Source: Candidatus Thorarchaeota archaeon (lineage in GTDB: Archaea; Asgardarchaeota; Heimdallarchaeia; Hodarchaeales; Hodarchaeaceae). Taken from it: 32,000 nucleotides of DNA. The stretch is from NCBI GenBank assembly GCA_048882505.1, contig JBHLRO010000005.1, positions 150,001 to 182,000 on the forward strand. Direction: 5' to 3'. Below, piece after piece: positions 8,765 through 17,952 of the stretch. How positions within the stretch are numbered: the first letter of the stretch is position 1; each line of letters starts with the position of its first letter. A program made the position numbers and the translations under genes. Below the pieces are notes generated by a model. The model saw only the letters and a program-made list of their open reading frames with translations, ran no database searches and was not told where the DNA came from.

Positions 8765-10711
8765 TTGATAGAACCAATGTTCCACACGCATATCTGGGGT
8801 TTAAAATCCGATGCCCTTGAATTTAGCAATCATTTGAGATCTCTGAAAGCTTTTCATGTGATCCCGACTACTACGGAAGAAACAGGATTTAGCGCTCAGT
8901 TTAAAGAAATGAAAGTTGATCTTGAAAGCCTAGAAACTAGGATAGCTTCAATACTCTCGTTTGTGCCGAGTGAGAGTCCTCTTGACGATCGATCTACTCC
9001 GTTACTCTCAGCTGAAGAGATTTTTTCCTCTAGCAAGGATATCCTTTCATCTATTGAGCCCGATATAAAGCGAATCCAATCAGAAAAACGACGACTTGAA
9101 GGGAAAATAAGGCAATTAGAGAGATATTCCCCCATTCTTGATCGAGTTAGGCCTTTGATTTCGAAAATGGAAGAGAAAGGAACTTTTGAATCATTGATTG
9201 TCATGCTCGATCGCCGAGCCGAAGTTTCGGTGGCTGAATTGGAATCCGAAATCGACTCAAGGACGAAGGGGGTCTATGAGATATATCAAACCCCAGTCGA
9301 TGAGTATTTCGACGCCATTCTCCTCTTAATAGACAATGAACAGCTAAGAGAAACTCAAGCTTATTTAACAGGTGAACGATTAAGTGAATTGTCTTTTCCT
9401 CCTGAAATACGTAATATCAGGCTCAAGGACATGAAAAATACGGTGGATGGTTTAATTGAGAGTCATCGAAACTCCTTATCAGAACTAGAACAGGAACAAG
9501 ACGAGATTAGCAAGTCAAAAGATCTACTTACTCTAAGACATCTTCAGAACTCGGTCGTTGGCCGTCTAGCTGAGTTTCAACTTATAGAAAAGATGGGCGG
9601 CACCACAGATACCTTTGAAATTACAGGATTCGTACCGAAATCCAAAATAAAAACATTTGAATCCTCTATACAAGAAAGATTTAATAAAAGGATCATTATC
9701 ACGAAAGAAAAAGCCAGGCGCGATGCGCCTGTTCTAAGACGTAACATGCGTATTGTCCGGCCTTTTGAGACTATTACCGATATGATACAATTACCCGAAT
9801 ATGGAACCATGGATCCTACTCCGTTTATTGCGGTCTTATTTCCATTATTTTGGGGTTTTATGGTTGGAGATGCTGGATATGCTGCGGTAATATTCTTGAT
9901 CTCATTTTTGATGCGGATACGCTTTAAACGAAACAACCAAAAAGCTTTACAGAATATTACAGAAATTTTCATGATCGCCTGTGTTTCGGCAGTTTTTTTT
10001 GGCATCCTGTACTTTGAAATCTTCGGTGATCTCGGAGAAAGATTTGTTTTCGATGTACTTGGTTTCAGTCATGGAGAAAATGGAGAGGGGGGTCATGGGG
10101 CTGCTACTGAAGCACCGATTTTCCCTTTACCTCTTCTAAATCGGTATACAAACGTTCAAGAGCTCTTGATCATTTCTATCATTATAGGATATGCTATCAT
10201 CCTAGGTGGCATGGTCCTAAGCATTTTGAACAATTTTCGTTTGAGACACATGTCACATGTGTACTCCAATTTTCTCCTAATCTATATTTGGGGTTCGGTA
10301 AGCGTACTCATTTTCATTGCTCTGGGAATACCATCTCTTTTCGAAATAGCCTTAATTGGGGATTTAATAGTAATTTTAATTGCTATTGGGGGACTTTTAA
10401 AATTTGACGGGATTGCAGGCTTGATCCATGTAATAGAAAAGTTTTCCAACATTTTATCATTTGCTCGTTTAATGGCAATTGGCCTGGTGGGTGCATGGAT
10501 GGGAAAGATAGCAAATGACCTGATTCTTATTTATGGAGGCACTCTTGGGATATTTAGTGTTCTGATGGGGTTAGCTCTCCATGGGATCAATCTTTTGATT
10601 CTTGTACTCTCACCTAGCATACATGCCATGCGTCTTAATGTATATGAATTCTTTAGCCAATTCGTGATACAAGGTGGCAATACCTTTCACGCATTCGGAA
10701 CCGAAACCTAA
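8765..10711 (+). CDS. atpI: A/V-type ATP synthase subunit I (a)
   Basis: Soluble N-terminal half, then 'DPTPF...GFMVGDAGY', the essential-Arg motif 'SNILSFARLMAIGL' and 'HAMRL..YEFF'. TTG start preceded by AGGTG. Confidence 0.96.
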   Translation: MIEPMFHTHIWGLKSDALEFSNHLRSLKAFHVIPTTTEETGFSAQFKEMKVDLESLETRIASILSFVPSESPLDDRSTPLLSAEEIFSSSKDILSSIEPDIKRIQSEKRRLEGKIRQLERYSPILDRVRPLISKMEEKGTFESLIVMLDRRAEVSVAELESEIDSRTKGVYEIYQTPVDEYFDAILLLIDNEQLRETQAYLTGERLSELSFPPEIRNIRLKDMKNTVDGLIESHRNSLSELEQEQDEISKSKDLLTLRHLQNSVVGRLAEFQLIEKMGGTTDTFEITGFVPKSKIKTFESSIQERFNKRIIITKEKARRDAPVLRRNMRIVRPFETITDMIQLPEYGTMDPTPFIAVLFPLFWGFMVGDAGYAAVIFLISFLMRIRFKRNNQKALQNITEIFMIACVSAVFFGILYFEIFGDLGERFVFDVLGFSHGENGEGGHGAATEAPIFPLPLLNRYTNVQELLIISIIIGYAIILGGMVLSILNNFRLRHMSHVYSNFLLIYIWGSVSVLIFIALGIPSLFEIALIGDLIVILIAIGGLLKFDGIAGLIHVIEKFSNILSFARLMAIGLVGAWMGKIANDLILIYGGTLGIFSVLMGLALHGINLLILVLSPSIHAMRLNVYEFFSQFVIQGGNTFHAFGTET

Positions 10712-10777
10712 CCTAAATGTACAGAAATAACAGAATATCCAAAAAAACAAAAAAACAATAACAATGGAGACTAAAAA

Positions 10778-11032
10778 ATGATTCAAGAAATCCTACAAGC
10801 AGTACCTGCAGAAGTCCAAGTTGCACGCGCAATTGGTGCGGCCATTGTCCTAGGCCTTGGAGCATTTGGGACAGGGTACGCACAAGCCCACATAGGTGGG
10901 TCAGCCGCTGGGATGTTGGCGGAACGGCCTGAAAATCTAGGAGCTGCGATTATCTTGGTCGCTATCCCAGAAACCATCCTTGTATTAGCGTTCGTAATCT
11001 CGATTATGATACTTCTTGGTATCGGCGGATAA
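10778..11032 (+). CDS. atpK: A/V-type ATP synthase subunit K (c), single hairpin
   Basis: Two Gly/Ala-rich TM helices, loop 'AERPE', carboxylate in 'IPET'. GGAG upstream. Confidence 0.96.
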   Translation: MIQEILQAVPAEVQVARAIGAAIVLGLGAFGTGYAQAHIGGSAAGMLAERPENLGAAIILVAIPETILVLAFVISIMILLGIGG

Positions 11033-11036
11033 ACTG

Positions 11037-11678
11037 ATGAACCACGACATGGACGACTTTCTCAAAGCCCTTAAAGAGAATACCGACGCAATGATTGAGG
11101 AAATCCTTGGTCGGTCTAAACTCGTAATAAACGAAATTGATGAGAAGAGTCAGTCCCAGATTACGATCCTTCAAAACGAACAACAATCAGAGCTACGATC
11201 TCGAAAATTGCTCGAATCCTTTCAGCGGGAGTTATCATCCAAACAGCTGGAATGGGTAACACGCATTAGTAATGAAGAGGATCAAATGATCAAGGATCTA
11301 TTGGCGAAGCTAAAACAACGGTTCCTTACTTTGTTGGAAGATCCAGGAGTCTATGATCTGCTTGGTAAACTGTACGGAGAGGTAAAAGAGGACATTGGCA
11401 GTGATTTCGTAGTTCACATCACTAGAAACTGTTCTCCTGAAAAATTTAAAGGTAGAACAGGTGTTTCTCAGACGGTGGTAGCAGATCTCACTCAAGTCGG
11501 AATTGTAATTGAGCGCAAAGATATCCCCGTTACAATTGAGAACACGCTCGAAACAAGAATGGAAAAGCTAGAAAAGGATCTAAAAGTCTTGGCCACTCAG
11601 GAACTATGGGGTGATTTAGATATTACTCCATGGGATGCCATCCAAGTTCTCAACAGGTTAATTGAATTGAGTACTTGA
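11037..11678 (+). CDS. atpE: A/V-type ATP synthase subunit E
   Basis: N-terminal coiled coil, C-terminal 'GIVIE...TIENTLETRME' pattern and operon position. ATG 11037 lies 4 nt after the K stop (ATG 11049 is an alternative). Confidence 0.88.
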   Translation: MNHDMDDFLKALKENTDAMIEEILGRSKLVINEIDEKSQSQITILQNEQQSELRSRKLLESFQRELSSKQLEWVTRISNEEDQMIKDLLAKLKQRFLTLLEDPGVYDLLGKLYGEVKEDIGSDFVVHITRNCSPEKFKGRTGVSQTVVADLTQVGIVIERKDIPVTIENTLETRMEKLEKDLKVLATQELWGDLDITPWDAIQVLNRLIELST

Positions 11679-11746
11679 AATAATGTATATTAGGGTGAAG
11701 CTGTCCAAAATACGGGTCTATAAAACAGGTTTCGGAGGATAAAATC

Positions 11747-12817
11747 TTGACAGGCTCAACCAACAGCGGTTTTATCGCAGCCAGGATATATGGCATGCGC
11801 AGCCAGCTGTTAACCCGTGAGGATTATGAATCTCTTCTTAGTGCAACAAGCTTGGATTCGTTGATAACCTCTCTCCGTGGAATAGAGTCTTACAAATCTC
11901 CCATTGAGACTCACCTGCTCCTTGAGGATCCGTTGAGGGCTATTGATGATTCCATCAATGATGTTTTGTCCGCTAAGATGAAAAAGATACTTGGATTCTG
12001 TGGGGGGAGTTATGAACAGGCATTCAAAGTATTAGGCCTCCGTTGGGAGGTCTCAAACATTCACCTTGCCGTAAGATCGGTCATCGAAGAAACTGAATTC
12101 CCCATCAATTTCATTCCTCTCGGAACCCTTGAGCGTGATGAATTAGAATTTCTTACGTCATTTACCAATTTGCCGGAAGTTCTGGCTTATCTGGAATCAA
12201 CCCTAAATCCATTTGCACTTCCCCTGAGACAAATAGTTGACGAAAACGTCGCGCCTACTAACCTTAACGCAATAGATGGGGTTTTTAACCGATTTTATCA
12301 ATCGTTACTTACAAAAGGGATTGCTAAGATACCTGATGGAGAAATAAGATCTATTATGAGAGAGATGGTTAGGGAAGAACGGGAATTTCAAAATATCACA
12401 AGCATTCTTAATCTCATGGGCAAACTGGCGAGAGGAACCCTCCCCTCTACGGTTGACCTTAAAGGAGTAATCTTTTCTGGGAAATCTCATATTCAACCTG
12501 AGGAAGTTGAAGACCTAATCAGAAACAAGGATCTCGGCGGACTTCGGGAGATACTGGCTCGATCTTCGTTTCGAGAAAGGTTGGCAACGTCGGCGGTGGA
12601 TATGGTCGCTACGACAGGAATTCAATCCTTGGTTGAAGAGATCGAACACCTTTTTTATCTTAATCAAATCCGTAAACGATATAGACGTCATGTTTTCAAC
12701 CTAGCTCTTGGTTATTTTTGGCAAATGAGCGTTGAAGCACGGAACCTTCGAATCATTACTCATGGGATAGAATCCTTCTCACGGGAAGAAATTAGACGGA
12801 GAATAATTAATGCCTGA
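11747..12817 (+). CDS. atpC: A/V-type ATP synthase subunit C (d-like)
   Basis: N-terminal 'ARIYGMRSQLL', 'RWEVSNI' and C-terminal 'EARNLRII'. TTG start with GGAGG at 11734-11738. Confidence 0.93.
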   Translation: MTGSTNSGFIAARIYGMRSQLLTREDYESLLSATSLDSLITSLRGIESYKSPIETHLLLEDPLRAIDDSINDVLSAKMKKILGFCGGSYEQAFKVLGLRWEVSNIHLAVRSVIEETEFPINFIPLGTLERDELEFLTSFTNLPEVLAYLESTLNPFALPLRQIVDENVAPTNLNAIDGVFNRFYQSLLTKGIAKIPDGEIRSIMREMVREEREFQNITSILNLMGKLARGTLPSTVDLKGVIFSGKSHIQPEEVEDLIRNKDLGGLREILARSSFRERLATSAVDMVATTGIQSLVEEIEHLFYLNQIRKRYRRHVFNLALGYFWQMSVEARNLRIITHGIESFSREEIRRRIINA

Positions 12818-13154
12818 TTCCATTCTTATTATCACTACACCAGATATCGGGATAGGGTACAAGCTGGCTGGTGCAGAAGTATATGAGGCATCCACCGCCT
12901 CCGAAGTGACGATTTTTCTGCGTAAGACAATCAAGGAACCAGATATAGCCCTTATCGGGATTGATGAAATGTTATTCAATAAATTGGATCCTCGATTTCT
13001 CGAGATTCTAAGAAAAAGGCCTAGGCCACTTGTATTACCAATTCAATCAGTCATAGAGCGTGGTAGGGAACTCAAAAACGTTGAAGATTATATAAGAGAG
13101 CTAACACTGAGCACTGCCGGTGTTATAGTCAATGTGGATAAAGATACAAGTTAA
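12810..13154 (+). CDS. atpF: A/V-type ATP synthase subunit F
   Basis: 'IGYKLAGA' and 'DIALIGIDE...P.VLPI'. Overlaps the subunit C stop by 8 nt. Confidence 0.93.
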   Translation: MPDSILIITTPDIGIGYKLAGAEVYEASTASEVTIFLRKTIKEPDIALIGIDEMLFNKLDPRFLEILRKRPRPLVLPIQSVIERGRELKNVEDYIRELTLSTAGVIVNVDKDTS

Positions 13155-13169
13155 CAGAGTTTGGTTTTG

Positions 13170-14897
13170 ATGCCAGGAGTTATAAAACGTATTGCTGGGC
13201 CAGTAGTTTTTGTTTACGGCCTTGAAAATCCGAAAAAAAACCACGTAGTTGAAGTCGGAGAAGAACGTTTGTTGGGAGAAATCATCCAACTTAGGGGAGA
13301 CACAAGCGTAATTCAAGTGTATGAAGAAACATCTGGGATGGGCATAAACGAAACAGTAATTGCGCTTGGAAGGCCTTTAACTGTTCGTCTTGGACCTGGC
13401 GTGATGTCTACAGTCTACGATGGCATTCAGCGCCCCTTAGATCTTCTGGAAGGATCTTTCATTGGTCGTGGGGAAAAAACTAGTCCTTTGGATGTTACGA
13501 AAAAATGGCATTTCATTCCTGAATCCTCAATAAAGCCAGGAACCCAGCTTATGGGAGGAGAAATCCTTGGACGAATCCAAGAGACCGATTCTGTAGAACA
13601 TCGAGTCCTAGTTCCCCCTGAGCATCATGGAACAGTATCAGAAATTGTTCCGGAAGGCAAATACGTGGTAACTGATACAGTTGCGCATTTAGAGGATAAA
13701 AAAGGTCTGGTTTTCTATCATGACTGGCCCGTAAGACGACCTCGTCCATTTAAAGCCAGAATCCTTAGCGATCGTCCGTTCCTTACGGGACAGAGAATTC
13801 TCGATTTCCTTTTCCCTTTGGTTGATGGCGGTTCTGCCATGATTCCTGGAGGTTTTGGAACTGGAAAAACCGTATTAAATCGAACTCTAGCCAAATTTGC
13901 TTCTACGGATATTATGCAGATGACCCTATGTGGGGAACGAGGTAACGAAGCTGCAGATGCACTTAAGAGTTTCTTAAAGTTAGTAGATCCACGTACAGAT
14001 CGATTAATGATTGAACGTACCTCAATAATTGCAAATACTTCAAATATGCCCGTTGCCGCACGGGAGGCATCTATCTACATGGGGATCACTTTAGCGGAAT
14101 TCTATCGAGATCAGGGATACAGCGTATCTGTGCTAGCAGATTCAACCTCACGTTGGGCAGAAGCACTTAGGGAAATATCTGGGAGATTAGGAGAAATCCC
14201 AGGGGAAGAAGGATTTCCGAGTTATCTTCCAAAATTGATCGGTCAGTTCTATGAGCGCTCTGGTCGTGTTACAACTTTAAGTGATCTAGACGGAAGTATC
14301 ACCACAATAGGAGCGGTTTCACCCCAAGGGGGTGACTTCTCAGAACCAGTTACCCAATATACAATGCGGTTTACCACCTCACTTTGGGCCTTGGACACGG
14401 ATCTGGCGCGTAGTCGACATTTTCCAGCAATTTCCTGGCGTATTTCCTATAGTCAGAATATCCGGGAAATTGCCGAATATGCCGAGAAAAATGTTTCTTC
14501 GCTCTGGAACAAATATCGTGCGGAGATCTCAACAATCCTCCAAGAAGAGGAAGAACTAGAAAGGATAGTTCGCCTCGTAGGTAAAGATACCCTTTCTGAG
14601 TCACAAAAGGGCCTTCTTCTAACAGCTGAATTAATCCGCGAAGGATTCTTACAGCAGAATGCTTTTTCAGACGAAGATGCGTTTAGTCCTGTTGAAAAAA
14701 CTTTAGAAATGGCACGAGCGATATTAGATGCTCATCATCTTATCCAAGGCCGAGTTGAATCCGATGGGCTCCTTGTGGACCCGTTATACGAAGAACAACT
14801 AATCGAGGACATTAAACGTTTGAGAGAGTTGAGTATAGAAGAAATCAAAGGTTTTTCTCAAAATCTTCCATCCAAGGTGGAAGCATTAGGTATCTAA
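13170..14897 (+). CDS. atpA: A/V-type ATP synthase catalytic subunit A
   Basis: Walker A 'GGFGTGKT', 'CGERGNE', 'ANTSNMPVAAREAS', 'DSTSRWAEALREISGRL' and 'GDFSEPVTQ'. ATG 13170 preferred over TTG 13161. Confidence 0.98.
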   Translation: MPGVIKRIAGPVVFVYGLENPKKNHVVEVGEERLLGEIIQLRGDTSVIQVYEETSGMGINETVIALGRPLTVRLGPGVMSTVYDGIQRPLDLLEGSFIGRGEKTSPLDVTKKWHFIPESSIKPGTQLMGGEILGRIQETDSVEHRVLVPPEHHGTVSEIVPEGKYVVTDTVAHLEDKKGLVFYHDWPVRRPRPFKARILSDRPFLTGQRILDFLFPLVDGGSAMIPGGFGTGKTVLNRTLAKFASTDIMQMTLCGERGNEAADALKSFLKLVDPRTDRLMIERTSIIANTSNMPVAAREASIYMGITLAEFYRDQGYSVSVLADSTSRWAEALREISGRLGEIPGEEGFPSYLPKLIGQFYERSGRVTTLSDLDGSITTIGAVSPQGGDFSEPVTQYTMRFTTSLWALDTDLARSRHFPAISWRISYSQNIREIAEYAEKNVSSLWNKYRAEISTILQEEEELERIVRLVGKDTLSESQKGLLLTAELIREGFLQQNAFSDEDAFSPVEKTLEMARAILDAHHLIQGRVESDGLLVDPLYEEQLIEDIKRLRELSIEEIKGFSQNLPSKVEALGI

Positions 14898-14912
14898 GTG
14901 AGATGTTAAAAA

Positions 14913-16301
14913 ATGCAGCTTACCCCATCACCCACATTCAAGTATAGAACGATTGATTCAATTCAAGGTACCTTGATTTTTCTTAAGTCCATCAAGGATG
15001 TTGCTTATGAGGAAATCGTGAGTATTTACATGCCTGATGGTGAAATCCGTACAGGTCAGGTTCTACAGGCTGATGAAAATGCGACAATCGTTCAAGTCTT
15101 TGAAGGAACAGATTCCATGGAAAGGGTTAACACGGAAATCGAGTTTACCAAGGACGTTTTCCGGGTTGGTCTAACAGAACAGATGATAGGACGAACGATG
15201 AATGGTTTGGGAGAACCTATAGATGGCCTAGGACCGTTAGTGGTTGAAAAACGCTCGCCAATAACTGGAGCTCCAATGAATCCAGTTAGACGGGACAATC
15301 CAGAAGATTTTATAGAAACAGGATTATCTGTAATCGATGGTTTGAATGCCTTGGTTCAAGGGCAAAAACTTCCAATTTTCTCCCTGTCAGGAATGCCCAC
15401 ATCCGAAGTGGCGGCGAGCATCGCAGTAAACTCACGGGTACTAGCAGAGGAACAGGAATTAGATGTTATTTTTGTTGCAATGGGTATCACCGAACGAGAG
15501 GGGAGGTTTTTCCGTCGTAAATTTAGCGAAGCCTCAGGAGCCAATATTGCCTTTTTCTCAAACTACACAATGGACAGCATTGTCGAAAGAATTCTCACTC
15601 CTCGCGTTTCTTTGACATTTGCGGAATATCTTGCTTACGAAAAAGATAGAAATGTCCTAATTATACTATCAGATATGTTAAACTACTCTGAAGCTCTTCG
15701 AGAGATATCCTCCGCTCGTGAAGAATTTCCAGGAAGACGTGGTTATCCTGGGTACCTTTACACTGATCTGGCTACTGTTTATGAGCGTGCAGGAAAGGTT
15801 GAAGGAAAAACTGGAAGTGTTACCATGATTCCCGTTGTAACCATGCCTAATGATGATATTACACATCCTGTACCAGATCTGACGGGCTATATAACAGAAG
15901 GACAGCTTCTTATGAGCCGCTCTCATCATAATCGACAATTATTTCCGCCAATGAATCCGATTCCATCTTTGTCTCGACTTATGAATGAAGGCATTGGAGT
16001 AGGAAAAACCCGGGAAGATCATGCAAATCTAGCGAATCAGCTTTTTGCGAGCTATGCTAGGGGCATCAAGCTTCGTCAATTGGCATCTATTGCTGGTGAA
16101 GATTCCCTCTCTGATCGTGATCGATTATATCTTAAATTTGCAGATCAATTTGAAGCTAAATTTATTCATCAAGGGGACGAGAGAAGAACAGTTGAGGAAA
16201 CATTAACTATCGGGTGGGAAACTTTGACAGTTCTTCCCAAGACTGATCTTAACAGGATCTCGAAGCGATTTATTGACAAATATTATCCTACTTCAGACTA
16301 G
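14913..16301 (+). CDS. atpB: A/V-type ATP synthase subunit B
   Basis: 'GQKLPIFS', 'ERILTPR', '[37 protein letters not shown]', '[14 protein letters not shown]' and 'LSRLM'. Confidence 0.98.
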   Translation: MQLTPSPTFKYRTIDSIQGTLIFLKSIKDVAYEEIVSIYMPDGEIRTGQVLQADENATIVQVFEGTDSMERVNTEIEFTKDVFRVGLTEQMIGRTMNGLGEPIDGLGPLVVEKRSPITGAPMNPVRRDNPEDFIETGLSVIDGLNALVQGQKLPIFSLSGMPTSEVAASIAVNSRVLAEEQELDVIFVAMGITEREGRFFRRKFSEASGANIAFFSNYTMDSIVERILTPRVSLTFAEYLAYEKDRNVLIILSDMLNYSEALREISSAREEFPGRRGYPGYLYTDLATVYERAGKVEGKTGSVTMIPVVTMPNDDITHPVPDLTGYITEGQLLMSRSHHNRQLFPPMNPIPSLSRLMNEGIGVGKTREDHANLANQLFASYARGIKLRQLASIAGEDSLSDRDRLYLKFADQFEAKFIHQGDERRTVEETLTIGWETLTVLPKTDLNRISKRFIDKYYPTSD

Positions 16302-16310
16302 TGGTCGTAC

Positions 16311-16934
16311 ATGTCCTCTCAACAGCTAAAAAAGACTCGGATCGAGCTCCAAGACAGGAAAGCCCAATTAAGTATAGCGGATACTGGAAAAGAGCTTTTG
16401 GAAGATCGTTTAGGAGCCTTGCTTACCGCTTTCTCTGATCAGGTGAGACATCTTTATCGTACTCGTCAGCGATTGGCAGTCCTAGGTCACGAGGCTAAAA
16501 AATCCCTATCGCTTGCTCGTGCAGTGGACAGACGAAATCTTGCTCTATCTGCAATGGCCGCCACCAAAACTTTAGGAATTGATGTTAAAACGAGTAATGT
16601 GATGGGGGTTAATGTCCCCTCTGTTGAGCTTATTGACTTGGGAAACATCGAGGATAGACGTTCCCTCGTCGCCTCTTCAGAGTTAGTCGATACCACCGTG
16701 GATTTATTTAGGCAACAATTGGAGGTTTTGATAGAATTGGCTTCTCAAGAGTTGGCGATCAGGGAACTAGGCAAGGAGATACGTAAAACCCGCCATCGAT
16801 TCAATGCACTGGAAAAAATCTTAATTCCGGAGCTCCATGAGCAAATCCAGCAGATCCTGCTAAGTCTAGAAGAAAAAGAGCGGGATGAGCTCTCAAAACT
16901 CCGGATCTTTATGACCACAAAACGCGGAAACTGA
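16311..16934 (+). CDS. atpD: A/V-type ATP synthase subunit D
   Basis: 'GKELLEDR', 'NVMGVNVP' and 'EIRKTRHRFNALEKILIPEL...LEEKER'. Confidence 0.96.
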   Translation: MSSQQLKKTRIELQDRKAQLSIADTGKELLEDRLGALLTAFSDQVRHLYRTRQRLAVLGHEAKKSLSLARAVDRRNLALSAMAATKTLGIDVKTSNVMGVNVPSVELIDLGNIEDRRSLVASSELVDTTVDLFRQQLEVLIELASQELAIRELGKEIRKTRHRFNALEKILIPELHEQIQQILLSLEEKERDELSKLRIFMTTKRGN

Positions 16935-16963
16935 TCTCAAGCTCCTTACGTTCGGTGTGAAAT

Positions 16964-17932
16964 TCAAGGAAAAAGAAATCCTGTGGTACCAGGATCAATC
17001 AAAAACAAGATCGCTGATATGAGGCCAAAGAACGCAAAGAAAAATGCCACAATCAATCCCAGGATAGATAACTTGCTCCTTTTCGTTTTCGGGAAGGGTT
17101 CAAGATGATCGGCTCGCAAAACTTCCTTCCTTAAAATTTTAAACGATTCCTCTACTTTCTTTTCAAAGGCCCGGGTAGACATTGTAGTGGAAAGTACTGT
17201 GCCAATAGTGGCTATGGACACGGAAACAGAGAGAAGAATGGATATTGATTGCGTATTGGCAAGATTAATCTGTTCAAGACTAATTGTATCTATTTGTTTA
17301 CCGATCACTAGGTCATGCAGGGAATACAAATTATCCCAATTTATGTCCAAGATCAGTTGCGTTGAAGGAAAGCCCGTATTGTTATAGGCCGAGAACAGGT
17401 CTCCAACCACCGTAGAATTGGTACCAAGCCCAAGGAGAAATTCATCTGCACTGGTAAAACTTCCTGGAGGGAAATCCTCCCAGTCTTCTCTAAAAAGTAT
17501 GTAATCGAAGCCATGGCTAGCCCTCTCTGCCAAGGCTAACCATGAATAGTCATCGAATTCAAATCGAGCTTGAATTTGTGCCGTATAGGTGGCATTAAGA
17601 TCTCTGAAAACATGTTCCAAAGTTGTGCGGATTATTGCCAATTTCGTTGCCCGTTCTAGTACTGTATATGTCGAATTCAACATACGATACTCTAAGATTT
17701 CCACTTGAGCCCGGGCAAGTTGTATTTGGGCTAAATTTGCCATATCTAAATCAAAATTTATGAAAACGTTTCTCTGTGATTCCATACTTTTCAATTCTTT
17801 TTCCAGATCAGTAATCTTGTTCTTCAGATCTTCTGTTCTGTCAGAATAAAAGTTGAGCAAGAATCCTGTCGCGAATGCGAATCCAGCTATTATGATAATT
17901 GTCAAGGTGGTCCAATTGACATTAATACGCAC
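16964..17932 (-). CDS. Hypothetical membrane protein: N-terminal TM, coiled coil, extracellular domain, two C-terminal hydrophobic segments
   Basis: GTG start preceded by AGGTGA. Heptad stretch 'LKNKITDLEKELKSM'. Sequons NST (x2), NAT and NNT. Confidence 0.75.
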   Translation of the reverse strand: MRINVNWTTLTIIIIAGFAFATGFLLNFYSDRTEDLKNKITDLEKELKSMESQRNVFINFDLDMANLAQIQLARAQVEILEYRMLNSTYTVLERATKLAIIRTTLEHVFRDLNATYTAQIQARFEFDDYSWLALAERASHGFDYILFREDWEDFPPGSFTSADEFLLGLGTNSTVVGDLFSAYNNTGFPSTQLILDINWDNLYSLHDLVIGKQIDTISLEQINLANTQSISILLSVSVSIATIGTVLSTTMSTRAFEKKVEESFKILRKEVLRADHLEPFPKTKRSKLSILGLIVAFFFAFFGLISAILFLIDPGTTGFLFP

Positions 17933-17952
17933 TAAAAGTCACCTACCAAGGT

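Noticed and set aside
11700-11746. Internal promoter (TATAAAA near 11720) before atpC
   Set aside because: The spacing would put the start site at the TTG and exclude the clear GGAGG SD. It is better explained as AT-rich spacer.
13170-16301. Inteins in atpA/atpB (common in archaeal A subunits)
   Set aside because: Both proteins are of normal length and continuous through the conserved motifs, with no intein or endonuclease blocks.
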